From contig JANNWY010000176.1 of the NCBI GenBank assembly GCA_031409335.1, forward strand, positions 1 through 63,556: 63,556 nt of DNA, written 5' to 3'. This stretch comes from Chthoniobacteraceae bacterium (GTDB lineage Bacteria; Verrucomicrobiota; Verrucomicrobiia; Chthoniobacterales; Chthoniobacteraceae). Below, piece by piece: positions 12,201 to 20,415 of this stretch. A program made the position numbers and the translations under genes. The notes beneath the pieces are model-generated. The model did not search any database. It had not been told where the DNA came from and was given only the letters and a program-made list of their open reading frames with translations. Every line of letters starts with the position of its first letter. Position 1 is the first letter of the stretch.

Positions 12201-12328
12201 TGCTGCCACCAGGTCCCCGGCGGGAAATCAGAAACCGGAGCTTGGGCCAGGCACGCAGCGGAACCCGTGAGTAAAGCAGCGATGCAGCTCAGAACCCGCG
12301 ACGCGTGGAGGAGATTGAGGTAGTTCAT
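6284..12328 (-). CDS. Large secreted Rhs/YD-repeat protein (TSP3-like Ca-binding loops, SdrD B-like and Ig-like domains, YD shell, Rhs core, short C-terminal tail)
   Basis: Signal-like N-terminus from ATG 12328; DxDGDG loops; GDFGFGW; many YD repeats; core motif RHYSPSLGRFIQEDP...YAGNDPHNRTDPSG. Confidence 0.93.
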   Translation of the reverse strand: MNYLNLLHASRVLSCIAALLTGSAACLAQAPVSDFPPGTWWQQDKQVEFWQLDLDPDGDGFTTRSEYLAGTDPRSPASRLVLSIERDAAGMFLLWESVAGARYEIQDSPDLLQYKPWSGPIAGTGSILEVPLSGSLVQKAFYRLRPLDPTDADGDGLSSVEEGLLGTAPNNADTDGDGFRDGREVVEYFTNPLVFNNAGGTITGAVRTDPNRDGNTADGVPVVGAIVWLDADYDGELDATERQTVTDAAGGYTFTLLTPGFYHVRQYLEPGNTQTLPVEVTPLVLDGWPDEVVNYTHSTLGLPGFPAGAYGALANRTWPGDRWVIVSWTSPTRFSYVDPAIVLKPAGNRYEIPPIGSYNTTEFLTLPENAHVTLRFAETIVDKAGPDFAIIRPTQGTTTELADVYLGPTATNLTLHSTINQATSSNVLNLDLANSHVRPPVNFIKIVARSTPRNGGDIDWGVALTAIQALNYVSPTADARAVAIVGSETIGGQDFGRVFLDNPPVVLLETGGAQTLRQGQTTTLRVAATDDLGIVSRSAVGNGTTYPLDANGNFTVTPSQPGVLNITGSATDTGGQTTAEFWTIYVTDTNGNLPFDPNTTGGGDANVIRVFSPASGAVVAAPTPIVASIGGTSPPIWEVAYAPVNLVDPYNLAAVDPDYIPLASGSGYLVSQTAATFPGDTVADGIYFLRITASPSLGGAVSYFGQVIAKGVDPASLQPVISITSPSDATLAGLVQNVVGSITSDRPLNEWYVDVAPRESVDLNDLGGTQSFWKRLAQGTATVPAATVLARLDTSTLPNGAYVIRVVAYNDLRLGRVEARVVDVTGENKLGRHRREFTDVSIELAGFPLILKRVYDSFEAGKVGDFGFGWSLALANPQIGETAPRTGVGIFGATAYRDGVRVYITGPDGRRNGYTFHSVYVSPGLFGANYRVSFTPDPGVYDKLEVPEGATPFLTVAPNGDLTFQLIPFTWNPDTFVLVRPDGSRYTYHESRGFLEAEDLNGNKLSYTQNGFEHSGGSKLLFTRDAQGRITTVSAGSQTWSYAYTAAGDLLSVTDPDGRASTYAYLASPAHFLASVTDAFGRTGNSFEYGPDGRLLAIIDPAGNRVEQSWDPLGFTGSIEDGRGNATQLTYNSRGNVLTATNPLGGVTSYLYEDTRHPDKETRVTDPLGQVTRYTYDAAANVLTIMRPPDTFFVTETWTYNSRNQPLSMIRSDGKRDYWEYDERGNLVKEGQVTFDEPVIAYTYTPEGQVETTTIDGLTTRTQYDSANGLPKEITDPNGLRLTYTRDALGRITGTTTSGGENVSATYHSNGLPATMSDAAAASVNTVVNADGSVTVNDWNGGTSRFYLDANGDPIAITGQDGYTVTPVRDGNGNATSLADAAGNQHQGQYDAMNRLTHYTDPNGKQIVMTYDALGRVTERIDRNGRKKRWTYNARNLVTQERWLTAADAVVKTWTFTYNSSGRFDAVSDGSSTWSFLVSVPDRPSRERVTYAGQALFDLNYTWADDDTGAPLSITLGDTADLNPDGGIVANNRRSGGTIYSSQWDLPELTGATKSRHVRHYFDAMGAETRLERYKGFFTSDFNQAPFAVTHYTRDTKGRATQISHKDNGGALLFPEATMNLTRSPGGCITSIAEPGNTATMSYDAGLQLTAVTHSDPARTDETYTFDSGGNRLTSHFQPVANTVATGNRLTVVGNLALEYDFEGNLTRETNTVSAAIREFGYDHNNQLTLVQTKANAGAPPVNVGEYAYDWRRLLIKRVEGGSTTWILNDRGMPFAEFANGQNFIKRMYFYDLDKLDRFFAMWDATLGERWFLQDQRNSIRGVITVDASSSSPTVPGAVTPVVWADYDAFGQLISGNPALLGNLRFAGRFWSDATQLYENRARHYSPSLGRFIQEDPAFLEGGDLNLNRYAGNDPHNRTDPSGETAAVEYQTLVTRIATQTIEQATRVGECVCKLLGAATLGLYGVQVDVSTNCAITSAIPRPSNPKLGSASSANKGLNKAIQGALKVIKDCNK

Positions 12329-12415
12329 TTCAACCCCAAGAACCAGCCGGGCCGTGACATTGCAGGGGAGTTGCAAATTTTTGCGTTGTCGCAATGCAGG
12401 CTCGCTGGATCGGAC

Positions 12416-14269
12416 TTACTCCGCTGCTTCCCGGGCCAGTACCACGCGAAAGCCGTAGGCTGCGATGCGCAGATGGTGGAGCGGGAGCCGCACGCGCGAG
12501 AAGGCAATGTCCGCTGGCGTGCCGTCCACGTAGTTGGGGCCGAGAGGGCGCGCTTTGCTTTGGCGCGGGCGGCGGTTGGTGGGCTCGTCCTCGTCGAGCA
12601 CCCACTCGCCGACATTGCCGGAGATGTCGTAGAGGCCGTGGAGCTCCACGGGAAAGGAGCCCACGGGCGCGAGCTGCTCGTAGCCGTCGTTCTCGTCGAA
12701 AGTCGGGCGGCCGGCGAGCCAGTGCGAGGAACCGCGCAGTTCCGCACCGGCCACATTGCCGGGGCGGGGCGTGGCGTTTTCCCCGCCAGCGGCGGTGAGC
12801 CATTCCGCAGCGGTGGGCAGGCGGTAGTAACAGCTCGGCGGGAGGCGGCCTTCGGCGCGTTCGCGCCACGTCAGCCACAGACAGAAATGCTGGGCATTGC
12901 GGATGCTCATGCCGCCCGTGGGATGCTCGGGGGTGATGGACCCGCCGGGATTTTCCCAAGTGGCATTGTGGATGACGTTGCCGCCTTCATCGAAAGTGCT
13001 GATCCGCTCATCGCCCGAGCGCATCGAACTTAAATAATCCGCGCGCCATGCGCTGACCGTGCCGAAGTCATCCGCGCGGTACGGCGCGTAGTCGCGCCGA
13101 CGCGTTTCCCAAATGGAAAAAAGCACTTTCGTTTCCGGCACGGGCACGAATTTCATCCCGAGACTGTTCTCCCACGGCTGCGCGATCGTCGCCGTTTCGG
13201 GACGCACAAAGACCGGCGGTGGCGGTGGCTTCATGCGTTCGTGCTGCCAGAGCGCGCCACCCGCGACGGCGGCGATGGTGAAAACGAAGCCCGCGGCGAT
13301 GAGGGCCGCGCGGCGAAATTTTCGCGCGCGTGATCTGCCGGAAATGTGCTCGCGCCATGTGGCATCGAACTCGGTGCGCAGCGCGGCGGCAGTCGCGGTG
13401 CGGCGGTCGGGATTTGCCTCCAGCGCGCGGGACACGATGCCATCCAGCGCCGCAGGCAGGCCGGTGAGCTGCGAGAGCGGCGTGAATTTCCCCAGCGGCA
13501 TCCGCCCGGCGAGCAAGTGATAGAGCAGCACCCCGAGCGAGAAGACATCCGCGCGCCCGTCGCACGGCGTGCCCGGCGTCATGCGCTCCGGCGCGAGATA
13601 GTAGGCCGTGCCAAACTGATCCGTCGTCGCCGTGAGGCCGCACAGCGCGGGGCCGTCGGCGGCGAGCTGTTTTGCAAAGCCGAAGTCCGCGAGCTTCACC
13701 GCGCCATCGCCGCCGATGAGAATATTCGACGGCTTGATGTCGCGATGCACGAAACCCTGCGCGTGCGCCTCCTCGACGGCGGCGCAGACTTTCCCGAAAA
13801 TCTCCACGCCGCGCGCGTGCGGCAGCGGCTGCGCGCGCAGCAGACGGCCGAGATCGCAGCCTTCCACCAGTTCCATCACGATGCAGAGCCGCCCGTCCGC
13901 GGCCTCGGCGGTTTCGATGAGGCGCACGATATTCGCGTGCTCCAGTTTTCGCAGCGCGTCGGCTTCGTTTTCAAAACGCGCCGCCATCAGCGGATCGCGC
14001 GCCCATTTCGCATCGAGAACTTTGATTGCGGCGAGGCTGCCGTTCGCGCTCTCTGCCTGAAAGACGCGCCCCATGCCGCCCGCGCCCAGCGTGCCCGTGA
14101 TGCGCCAGCCGGGGATGTCCGGCTCCGCATCCACCGCCACCGGCGCGGGCGCGGCGAGCCAGTCCATCTGCCCACCGAGCGCGAGACAGCCGGGGCAGAG
14201 CCCGCCGATCTCGCCGAGCGGCTGCGGCGTGCGGCACTGCGGGCAGATGGCGTCAGACGTCGGATTCAT
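12416..14269 (-). CDS. Ser/Thr protein kinase with transmembrane helix and C-terminal FGE-sulfatase (SUMF1) domain
   Basis: N-terminal CPQC...CPGC; GAGGMG, AIK, HRDIKPSN, DFG, APE; NSLGMKFVPV, YRLPT, GLYDISGNVGEW, GFRVV. Confidence 0.93.
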   Translation of the reverse strand: MNPTSDAICPQCRTPQPLGEIGGLCPGCLALGGQMDWLAAPAPVAVDAEPDIPGWRITGTLGAGGMGRVFQAESANGSLAAIKVLDAKWARDPLMAARFENEADALRKLEHANIVRLIETAEAADGRLCIVMELVEGCDLGRLLRAQPLPHARGVEIFGKVCAAVEEAHAQGFVHRDIKPSNILIGGDGAVKLADFGFAKQLAADGPALCGLTATTDQFGTAYYLAPERMTPGTPCDGRADVFSLGVLLYHLLAGRMPLGKFTPLSQLTGLPAALDGIVSRALEANPDRRTATAAALRTEFDATWREHISGRSRARKFRRAALIAAGFVFTIAAVAGGALWQHERMKPPPPPVFVRPETATIAQPWENSLGMKFVPVPETKVLFSIWETRRRDYAPYRADDFGTVSAWRADYLSSMRSGDERISTFDEGGNVIHNATWENPGGSITPEHPTGGMSIRNAQHFCLWLTWRERAEGRLPPSCYYRLPTAAEWLTAAGGENATPRPGNVAGAELRGSSHWLAGRPTFDENDGYEQLAPVGSFPVELHGLYDISGNVGEWVLDEDEPTNRRPRQSKARPLGPNYVDGTPADIAFSRVRLPLHHLRIAAYGFRVVLAREAAE

Positions 14270-15002
14270 GGCACAGGGCGCGCACGAGCTGGCGCAATTC
14301 ATCCTCCACCTCGGGCAGCGTGGCGGCAGGCCCGAGCGTGGCCGCGACTTCGCTGCGCAGACGGTCGGCGAGCCGGCGGCGCAGGCGGTGGACTTCGATT
14401 TGAATTTGGGCTTCTCCCACGCCGAACTCAGAACCGATTTCCGCGTAAGATTGCAGTGCGCCCGACGGCAGCAGCGACGGCTTCAGCGCCTCCAGCAGCG
14501 CACCCTTTCCGCGCAGCGCATAACTTTCGCCGATGGCCCGCATCGCCCGGTCAAACACCGTCCACGCCCACGAGTGATCGAACGCCGCGTCCGGCGCGGC
14601 CGCCGCGGACGGGATCGCCGCATCCGGCAGTTCATCCAGCGAGAGCGCCGCACCGCCCCCGCCCCGGCGCACGGCATTCGCGGTGCGGCGGTGATTGTAG
14701 AGCGCATGACGCGCCGCCGCTTTGAAGAAGTGCCGCAGCCGCCCGCGCGCCCGGTCCACGCGCTCCAGCGAGCCGTCGTGGCAAAAATCCGCGAGCACCT
14801 TTTGCGCAGCATCCTCCGCGTCCTCATGCGCCAGCCCGAGCGCGCGGAGATACGCGCAGACCGGCTGCCAGTAAGCCGCGCACACCGCCTCCCGCGCTGC
14901 CCGGGCATCGGGTGCTGCCGGATCGCGCGCCGTGAGCAGCACCGTCCACATCGTCGCGGGAAATCCGCGCGCGTCGGCGGAGGCTGGCGGGCTCGTCGGC
15001 AT
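14253..15002 (-). CDS. ECF sigma-70 factor (kinase-associated PVC type)
   Basis: FPATMWTV N-terminal motif, YWQPV, DAEDAAQ, RGRLR, SYAEIG...VHRLRRR; overlaps the kinase start. Confidence 0.9.
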   Translation of the reverse strand: MPTSPPASADARGFPATMWTVLLTARDPAAPDARAAREAVCAAYWQPVCAYLRALGLAHEDAEDAAQKVLADFCHDGSLERVDRARGRLRHFFKAAARHALYNHRRTANAVRRGGGGAALSLDELPDAAIPSAAAAPDAAFDHSWAWTVFDRAMRAIGESYALRGKGALLEALKPSLLPSGALQSYAEIGSEFGVGEAQIQIEVHRLRRRLADRLRSEVAATLGPAATLPEVEDELRQLVRALCHESDV

Positions 15003-15134
15003 CGCGCACGCCTAACGCGGACAATGCGGCTTTTCCACCGGCAAAAATCCGGCCCGCCGCGCGGTGGAGAGCGGGAAAGTTGGGCCGACTGCTTTCTTGA
15101 CGCTCGCGGGAGCGTGAGGCATAGCTCCGCGCTT

Positions 15135-15752
15135 TTGAAAACCACATTATCCATACGGCGTGCGATTTGCGCCCTCCTACTTTCCGCCAGCGCCCTCACT
15201 GGCTGCAAGAGCCACGATCCGCGTTTCAGCGATGAGACGATCTACATCGGCGGGCGGCGGGGAAAGGTGAAGGAGGAGCAGCGCGCGAACTTTGACAATG
15301 TGTCCTACTGGGATGGCGATCACGCGCAGGGTTCGCCCTCGATTTCGATCAGCCTCGGGGAGCAGCGCGCGTATTTTTACAAAGGCACGGAACTCGTCGG
15401 CATCTCGGTGATCTCGACGGGCCGCGAGGGCTTTGACACTCCGCAGGGGCGGTTCAAGATTTTGCAGAAAAACCGCGACCACGTCTCTTCGCTCTACGGC
15501 AACTACGTGGACCGCGATGGCAACATCATCCAGAAGGACATCGACACGAAGAAGGATCCAAAGCCGCCAGGCGCGATTTACGATGGAGCGCGGATGCCGT
15601 TTTTCATGCGCTTCACGGGTGGCGTGGGGATGCACGAAGGTTTCCTGCCGGGCTATGCCGCGTCGCACGGCTGCATTCGGATGCCGGGTTTCATGGCGGA
15701 TGCGTTTTTCAATAACGTCTCGATGGGAACGCCGGTCACGGTCGGGCCGTGA
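15135..15752 (+). CDS. L,D-transpeptidase family (YkuD) lipoprotein
   Basis: Lipobox [40 protein letters not shown] start is approximate. Confidence 0.9.
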   Translation: MKTTLSIRRAICALLLSASALTGCKSHDPRFSDETIYIGGRRGKVKEEQRANFDNVSYWDGDHAQGSPSISISLGEQRAYFYKGTELVGISVISTGREGFDTPQGRFKILQKNRDHVSSLYGNYVDRDGNIIQKDIDTKKDPKPPGAIYDGARMPFFMRFTGGVGMHEGFLPGYAASHGCIRMPGFMADAFFNNVSMGTPVTVGP

Positions 15753-15759
15753 GGCGGAG

Positions 15760-15790
15760 CAGTTTGGAGTTGAGCGTTGCGCGTTGAGAG
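15760..15790. repeat. Degenerate heptamer tandem repeat (GTTGAGC-like)
   Basis: gttgagc gttgcgc gttgaga downstream of the LD-transpeptidase stop; same family as the pbpC internal repeat. Confidence 0.5.
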
Positions 15791-15885
15791 CGGCGCAAGC
15801 TGGGTCCGACGCACCCTCGCGATTTCGCAGCTCTGAACTTTCTCCCTTCCCAATCCCGCACGCATTCGTATTCACTCGCCGCCCG

Positions 15886-16644
15886 ATGCCGAAAGCTCTC
15901 AAACGTTCCGAACCCCGCAAATCCCCGAAGCCGAAATACCGCCGCATCGTTCTGAAACTGAGCGGTGAAGCGCTGAAAGCGCCGGGCAGCGCGGACAACA
16001 TTTCGCCCGAAATCGTGTCCGGCATTTGCCTGCAAATCCGCGCTGTCGTGGCAATGGGCGTGCAAGTCGCGATCGTGATCGGCGGGGGAAATATCTGGCG
16101 CGGACTCGCGGCGAGCCATCGCGGCATGGAGCGCACGACGGCGGATTACATGGGAATGCTTGCGACCGTCATCAACGGCATGGCGCTGCAAAGCGCGCTC
16201 GAAAAAATGGGCGTGCCGACCCGCGTCCACACCGCGATCCACATGGAAAATATTGCCGAGCCTTTCATCCGGCGACGCGCGATCGACCAGCTCGAAAGCG
16301 GCCACGCCGTGATCTTCGTCGCCGGCACGGGCAACCCGTATTTTTCCACCGACACGACCGCAGCGCTGCGCGCCAGCGAGATCGGCGCGGAGGTGATCCT
16401 GAAGGCGACCAAGGTCGATGGCATCTACACCGCCGACCCTTTCAAAAATCCCAACGCCAAAAAATATGACCGCCTCACTTTCAGTGAAGCGCTGCGCCAG
16501 CGCCTGTCCGTCATGGATTCCACGGCCTTCAGTCTGTGCATGGATAACAAGGTGCCCGTCATTGTTTTCGACATGATGAAGGCGGATAACATCAAGAACG
16601 TCGTGCTCGGCAAGAAGGTCGGCACGCTCGTGACTTGCGATTAA
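15886..16644 (+). CDS. pyrH: Uridylate kinase
   Basis: [46 protein letters not shown]. Confidence 0.98.
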   Translation: MPKALKRSEPRKSPKPKYRRIVLKLSGEALKAPGSADNISPEIVSGICLQIRAVVAMGVQVAIVIGGGNIWRGLAASHRGMERTTADYMGMLATVINGMALQSALEKMGVPTRVHTAIHMENIAEPFIRRRAIDQLESGHAVIFVAGTGNPYFSTDTTAALRASEIGAEVILKATKVDGIYTADPFKNPNAKKYDRLTFSEALRQRLSVMDSTAFSLCMDNKVPVIVFDMMKADNIKNVVLGKKVGTLVTCD

Positions 16645-16654
16645 GATTCTAAAT

Positions 16655-17215
16655 ATGGACCCCGACGAAATCCTGCTCGAAACCGAAGCCACCATGGAAA
16701 AAGGCGTCGAGTACATGATCCATGAATTCGCCGCCGTGCGCACCGGCAAAGCCTCGCCCGCCATCGTCGAAAACATCGACGTGGAAGCATACGGCGCGGT
16801 GATGAAACTCAAGCAACTCGCCCTCATCACCACGCCCGAGCCGCGCCTGCTCGTCATCCAGCCGTTCGACGGCTCGACGACGAAGGACATCGAGAAAGCG
16901 ATCAAGGAATCGAAGATCGGCATCAATCCGATCGTGGATGGAAAGATCATCCGGCTGCCGATCCCCGCGCTCAGCGAAGAGCGGCGAAAGGATCTCGTGA
17001 AGAGCATCAAACAAATGGCCGAAGAAGCGCGCGTGCGCGTGCGCTCGGCGCGGCGTGAGAGCATTGATGCGATCAAAAAAACGGAGAAAGAGGGCAAGGT
17101 TTCGGAGGACAATCGCGAGACTTTTGAGAAGGAAATCCAGAAGCTCACCGATGGATTCGTAAAGAAGATCGACGAAGCGTTTGCGATGAAGGAAGCGGAC
17201 ATCATGAAGGTCTGA
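16655..17215 (+). CDS. frr: Ribosome recycling factor
   Basis: RTGKASP, IQPFD, IEKAI, PALSEERRKDLVK; directly follows pyrH. Confidence 0.98.
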   Translation: MDPDEILLETEATMEKGVEYMIHEFAAVRTGKASPAIVENIDVEAYGAVMKLKQLALITTPEPRLLVIQPFDGSTTKDIEKAIKESKIGINPIVDGKIIRLPIPALSEERRKDLVKSIKQMAEEARVRVRSARRESIDAIKKTEKEGKVSEDNRETFEKEIQKLTDGFVKKIDEAFAMKEADIMKV

Positions 17216-17218
17216 GGT

Positions 17219-17776
17219 ATGAAACGACTCGCCGCCGTCCTCCCGTTTTTGCTCCTGGTTTCCTGCGCGCAGATCCCCTTTCTCAAGCGCGCCCCCAAGG
17301 AAACGCCCGCCGAGCCCGAGCCGCCGCCAAACGCGCAGCGCGCCCGCAAAGTTTCCTCCGTCGTCACACCCGCGCCGGATTTCACCTTCGCCGCGCCGGG
17401 AAAAGCGCGCTCCCTCCGCAGCCTGCGCGGCCAGGCCGTCGTCATCGTTTTCGCCCGCGATGCCCGCAACGGCGCGCTGGAGGATCAGCTCGAAGAACTC
17501 GCGCCGATCTACCAGGAACTCGCCAGCAAACGCGCGATCTTCATCGCCGCGCTTCAGGAGGGTGAAGGTCCGGTGAAATCAAACATTCCATTCGTCACCG
17601 CGAACGACGGAGCCGGCGTCGCCGCGCGTTACAACGTCACCGGAAAATTCGCCATCGCGATCATCGGCCAGGATGGCAATATCGACTACCAGACGACGAA
17701 AGTGCTGCCCGGCGGGCGGGTGCGCGACGTGATCCAGAATTCCTTCGTCGTCCAGGACACTGCGCGGCGGCGCTGA
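17219..17776 (+). CDS. Lipoprotein with thioredoxin-like fold lacking CxxC (DUF4174/redoxin-like)
   Basis: Lipobox LVSC; APDFTF, SLRSLRGQAVV, IIGQDGNI. Confidence 0.65.
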   Translation: MKRLAAVLPFLLLVSCAQIPFLKRAPKETPAEPEPPPNAQRARKVSSVVTPAPDFTFAAPGKARSLRSLRGQAVVIVFARDARNGALEDQLEELAPIYQELASKRAIFIAALQEGEGPVKSNIPFVTANDGAGVAARYNVTGKFAIAIIGQDGNIDYQTTKVLPGGRVRDVIQNSFVVQDTARRR

Positions 17777-17785
17777 CGCGCAACC

Positions 17786-18223
17786 GTGCGGATCGCCGTC
17801 ATCGCCGACACTCACGACCGGCTCCCGCCGCGCATCCTCGCCACGATCAGTCGCGCGGATGAAATCTGGCACCTCGGCGATGTTTGTGATGCCACGGTCG
17901 AAGCGTCGCTTGCAGCCACCGGCATCCCGCTGCGGATCGTCCGCGGAAATTGCGACGAAAATTTCGCGTGGCCGCTCACGCTCGATTTTGAACTCGAAGG
18001 CTTCCGCATCCGGCTCATCCATATCCCGCCGACCGCCGCGCCCGCGGGAGTCGATCTGCTTTTCCACGGCCACACCCACGTCCCGCGCAACGAAATTATC
18101 GGCACCACGCGCTTCTTCAATCCCGGCTGCATCACCCGCCCGAACCGCGGCGCACCCGCCAGCTACGCGTGGCTCGAATTGACCCGCGGCGGATCCCCGC
18201 GCTGGACGCTCGAAATCGTCTAG
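17786..18223 (+). CDS. YfcE-family metallophosphoesterase
   Basis: ADTH, HLGD, RGNCD, GHTHVP, NPG. Confidence 0.92.
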   Translation: MRIAVIADTHDRLPPRILATISRADEIWHLGDVCDATVEASLAATGIPLRIVRGNCDENFAWPLTLDFELEGFRIRLIHIPPTAAPAGVDLLFHGHTHVPRNEIIGTTRFFNPGCITRPNRGAPASYAWLELTRGGSPRWTLEIV

Positions 18224-18235
18224 CCGGCCAATGCA

Positions 18236-19714
18236 CTACGGCGAAGCATTCAGCATCTGCCGTGGAAAACCGCTGAGCTGGATGAGCCCTCGAATCGGTG
18301 TGCGTTCGTCGTTGTCGAGATCGCCGTCCGCGTTTTTGTCGAAGCCTTTGAGCAGCGCGGCGACGGGTTCCAGGCGTTTGCCGAGCCCCTCGGGCAGGTC
18401 GCGTTTGGTATGCGCCGCGTCGATCATCAGGTCCGCGATGTGATCGCTGAGCGCCGCGCGGAGGACTTCGAGGTCCTCCGGTTTTCGCGGCACGACGCCG
18501 ACGGTCACACTGCCCATTTCATCCGCCGATGCGACGCCCCAGCCCACCGGCACGGGGGGCTTCGCGGGGTTGCGCGGATTGTCGGCGGAGTTGTCCCACA
18601 CGACTTCGGTTTCGAGCTTCGTGCCTTTCGGCAGCGGGATGCGATCGCGGTAGAGATACTGCTCCTGCCACGCGAAATCCCAGTCCGTCACCTTCAGTAG
18701 ATTCCGCCGCGTCCCGTCGGGAAGCGTGGCCGTCATCGTCAAGCGTTTGCCGAGATAGTGCGCGTGCGCGGCGACGGCAAACGCGTCGCAATCAATCGGC
18801 AGCGTGAATGAATCGCGCACCGTGTAATTTTTTTCTCCAGCGGGAATCTGGATGCCATTCAGGATGCCAAACTGCGGTGGAATCTGGATGGTCGTGTAAG
18901 TATGCGGCGGCGCTTCCTTCGCGAAGCGCAGGCCGATTGTCGTCGCTTCTTTCGCGGATTTGCCATTGGGCGAAATGTGAGTCTGCAAGACGAGATTCGC
19001 GCCTTTCGGAAACCGCCACGCGAGATCCTTTGGCAGCTCCAGCGCGCCCGCGCCGGGCGCCCAGCCCGCGACGTAAGTCTGGCCGAGGCTGACGAAACCG
19101 CGGTAGCCGGGCAGGGGATCGCGCGCATCGCGCTTCGCCGCGGAGCCGTCGGTATCGAGAAAGATGAGGACGTGATGCACGACCGACGCCGCGCTCGGGC
19201 GCAGTTCGATGGCGCTGATCCATTTGTCCTCCGCGAAATTCAGCGGCAGCACGAAGTTGCGATATTCATCGCGGCCCTCGGCGGAAATTTCATACGCCTC
19301 GGGCATTTTCAGTTCCACATCCGGCACGCCCATCGCCCAGCCTTCGGTGAATTTCGGCGGCGTCGCCAGGTGTGCTGGATCGCCCTCGGGCGCGCCCGCG
19401 CGCTGCCACGCGGCGAGCAGCGCGATCTGCTTTTCATCGAGGCTGCGGTCGTTTTGAAAAGCCGGGTTGTCCCTGTCCGCGTGCCACGGCGGCATCGTGC
19501 CTTCAGCCGTGATTTCCGCGAGCTGCTTCGCGCGCTTTTTCGCATCGGCGAAGGTGAGCAGCGAAAACGGCGCGATCTCGCCGGGGCGATGACACACCGC
19601 GCATTTCGTGAAGAGAATGGGCGCGATGTGCTCGGTGAAAGTGACGTTCTCGGGGATCGGTTCGCTCGCGACGCAGACGGTGGCGAGCAGCAGCAGGATG
19701 GGGATGGTTTTCAT
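18236..19714 (-). CDS. Secreted c-type heme protein with copper type II (PHM/DBH-like) monooxygenase domains
   Basis: Signal peptide; CAVCH; MPPW; VVHH, QTH, AHAH, DWDFAWQ, DEM; C-terminal EF-hand-like DKNADGDLD. Confidence 0.8.
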   Translation of the reverse strand: MKTIPILLLLATVCVASEPIPENVTFTEHIAPILFTKCAVCHRPGEIAPFSLLTFADAKKRAKQLAEITAEGTMPPWHADRDNPAFQNDRSLDEKQIALLAAWQRAGAPEGDPAHLATPPKFTEGWAMGVPDVELKMPEAYEISAEGRDEYRNFVLPLNFAEDKWISAIELRPSAASVVHHVLIFLDTDGSAAKRDARDPLPGYRGFVSLGQTYVAGWAPGAGALELPKDLAWRFPKGANLVLQTHISPNGKSAKEATTIGLRFAKEAPPHTYTTIQIPPQFGILNGIQIPAGEKNYTVRDSFTLPIDCDAFAVAAHAHYLGKRLTMTATLPDGTRRNLLKVTDWDFAWQEQYLYRDRIPLPKGTKLETEVVWDNSADNPRNPAKPPVPVGWGVASADEMGSVTVGVVPRKPEDLEVLRAALSDHIADLMIDAAHTKRDLPEGLGKRLEPVAALLKGFDKNADGDLDNDERTPIRGLIQLSGFPRQMLNASP

Positions 19715-20277
19715 GGGCGGGTTGTTTTGGAAGACTCGGGAAGATAGCAGCCAATTGCTTTTGTAAAACGCTCGCGAACCGGCTTGCCAGCAAGGATCGC
19801 ATCCAGCGCATCACGCAAATCCCGCTGCCGCGGCTCCACGCGATGTTTCCCCGGCGCGATCGCGCGATCATCGATGCGGCCGCGGTAAAGCAATTCGCCT
19901 TTCGCTGAAAAAACGGCGGCTTCCGGCGAGATGGTCGCGCCCGCTTTTCGCGCCAGCGCCTGTCGCGGATCGAGCAGCACGGGGCAGCGGTAGGCGTATT
20001 CGCGCGCGTGCTTCCTCGCGTCGGCGGGCGAAAGATCGTCCTCACCATAGACCACGCTGGTCCGCACGCGCCGCTTCCCATATTCCTCCGCGATGCGGCT
20101 GATTTCGGGCGCGTAGCCATTCGCAATCGGGCAATCGTGCAGCACGAAAATCAGCACCGTCGCCGCCTGCCCCGCATCGGCGAGCGGCCGATGCGCCGCG
20201 CCATCCACATCGTGCAGCGAAATCTCCGCCGCCGCCGCGGAGAGCGCCACGACCGCGAAGAGAAGGAAAAGTTTCAC
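19711..20277 (-). CDS. Secreted redoxin (AhpC/TSA-like) protein
   Basis: DCPIAN, PE, YRGRIDD, AIGC; ATGA overlap with the downstream gene. Confidence 0.85.
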   Translation of the reverse strand: MKLFLLFAVVALSAAAAEISLHDVDGAAHRPLADAGQAATVLIFVLHDCPIANGYAPEISRIAEEYGKRRVRTSVVYGEDDLSPADARKHAREYAYRCPVLLDPRQALARKAGATISPEAAVFSAKGELLYRGRIDDRAIAPGKHRVEPRQRDLRDALDAILAGKPVRERFTKAIGCYLPESSKTTRP

Positions 20278-20415
20278 AAGGCGAGTAAAACAAATCCGGT
20301 CGCCCCGCGCCAGCGCGATCCCGGTTTGCCAAGGCAGCCCGCTTTGCGATTCGCATCGACGAGCCGTGATTGCGTTTTGCGGACATCAGGAATCATAATC
20401 CCGCGCTCGAATCCC

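Noticed and set aside
12329..12415. Specific ECF promoter upstream of the Rhs gene
   Set aside because: Plausible, but no consensus can be supported from a single sequence.
14073..15134. Long N-terminal extensions of the LD-transpeptidase ORF (similarly pyrH from 15433, and the ORFs from 20008, 53194 and 59745)
   Set aside because: The extensions overlap other genes. Signal peptides or conserved N-termini indicate later starts.
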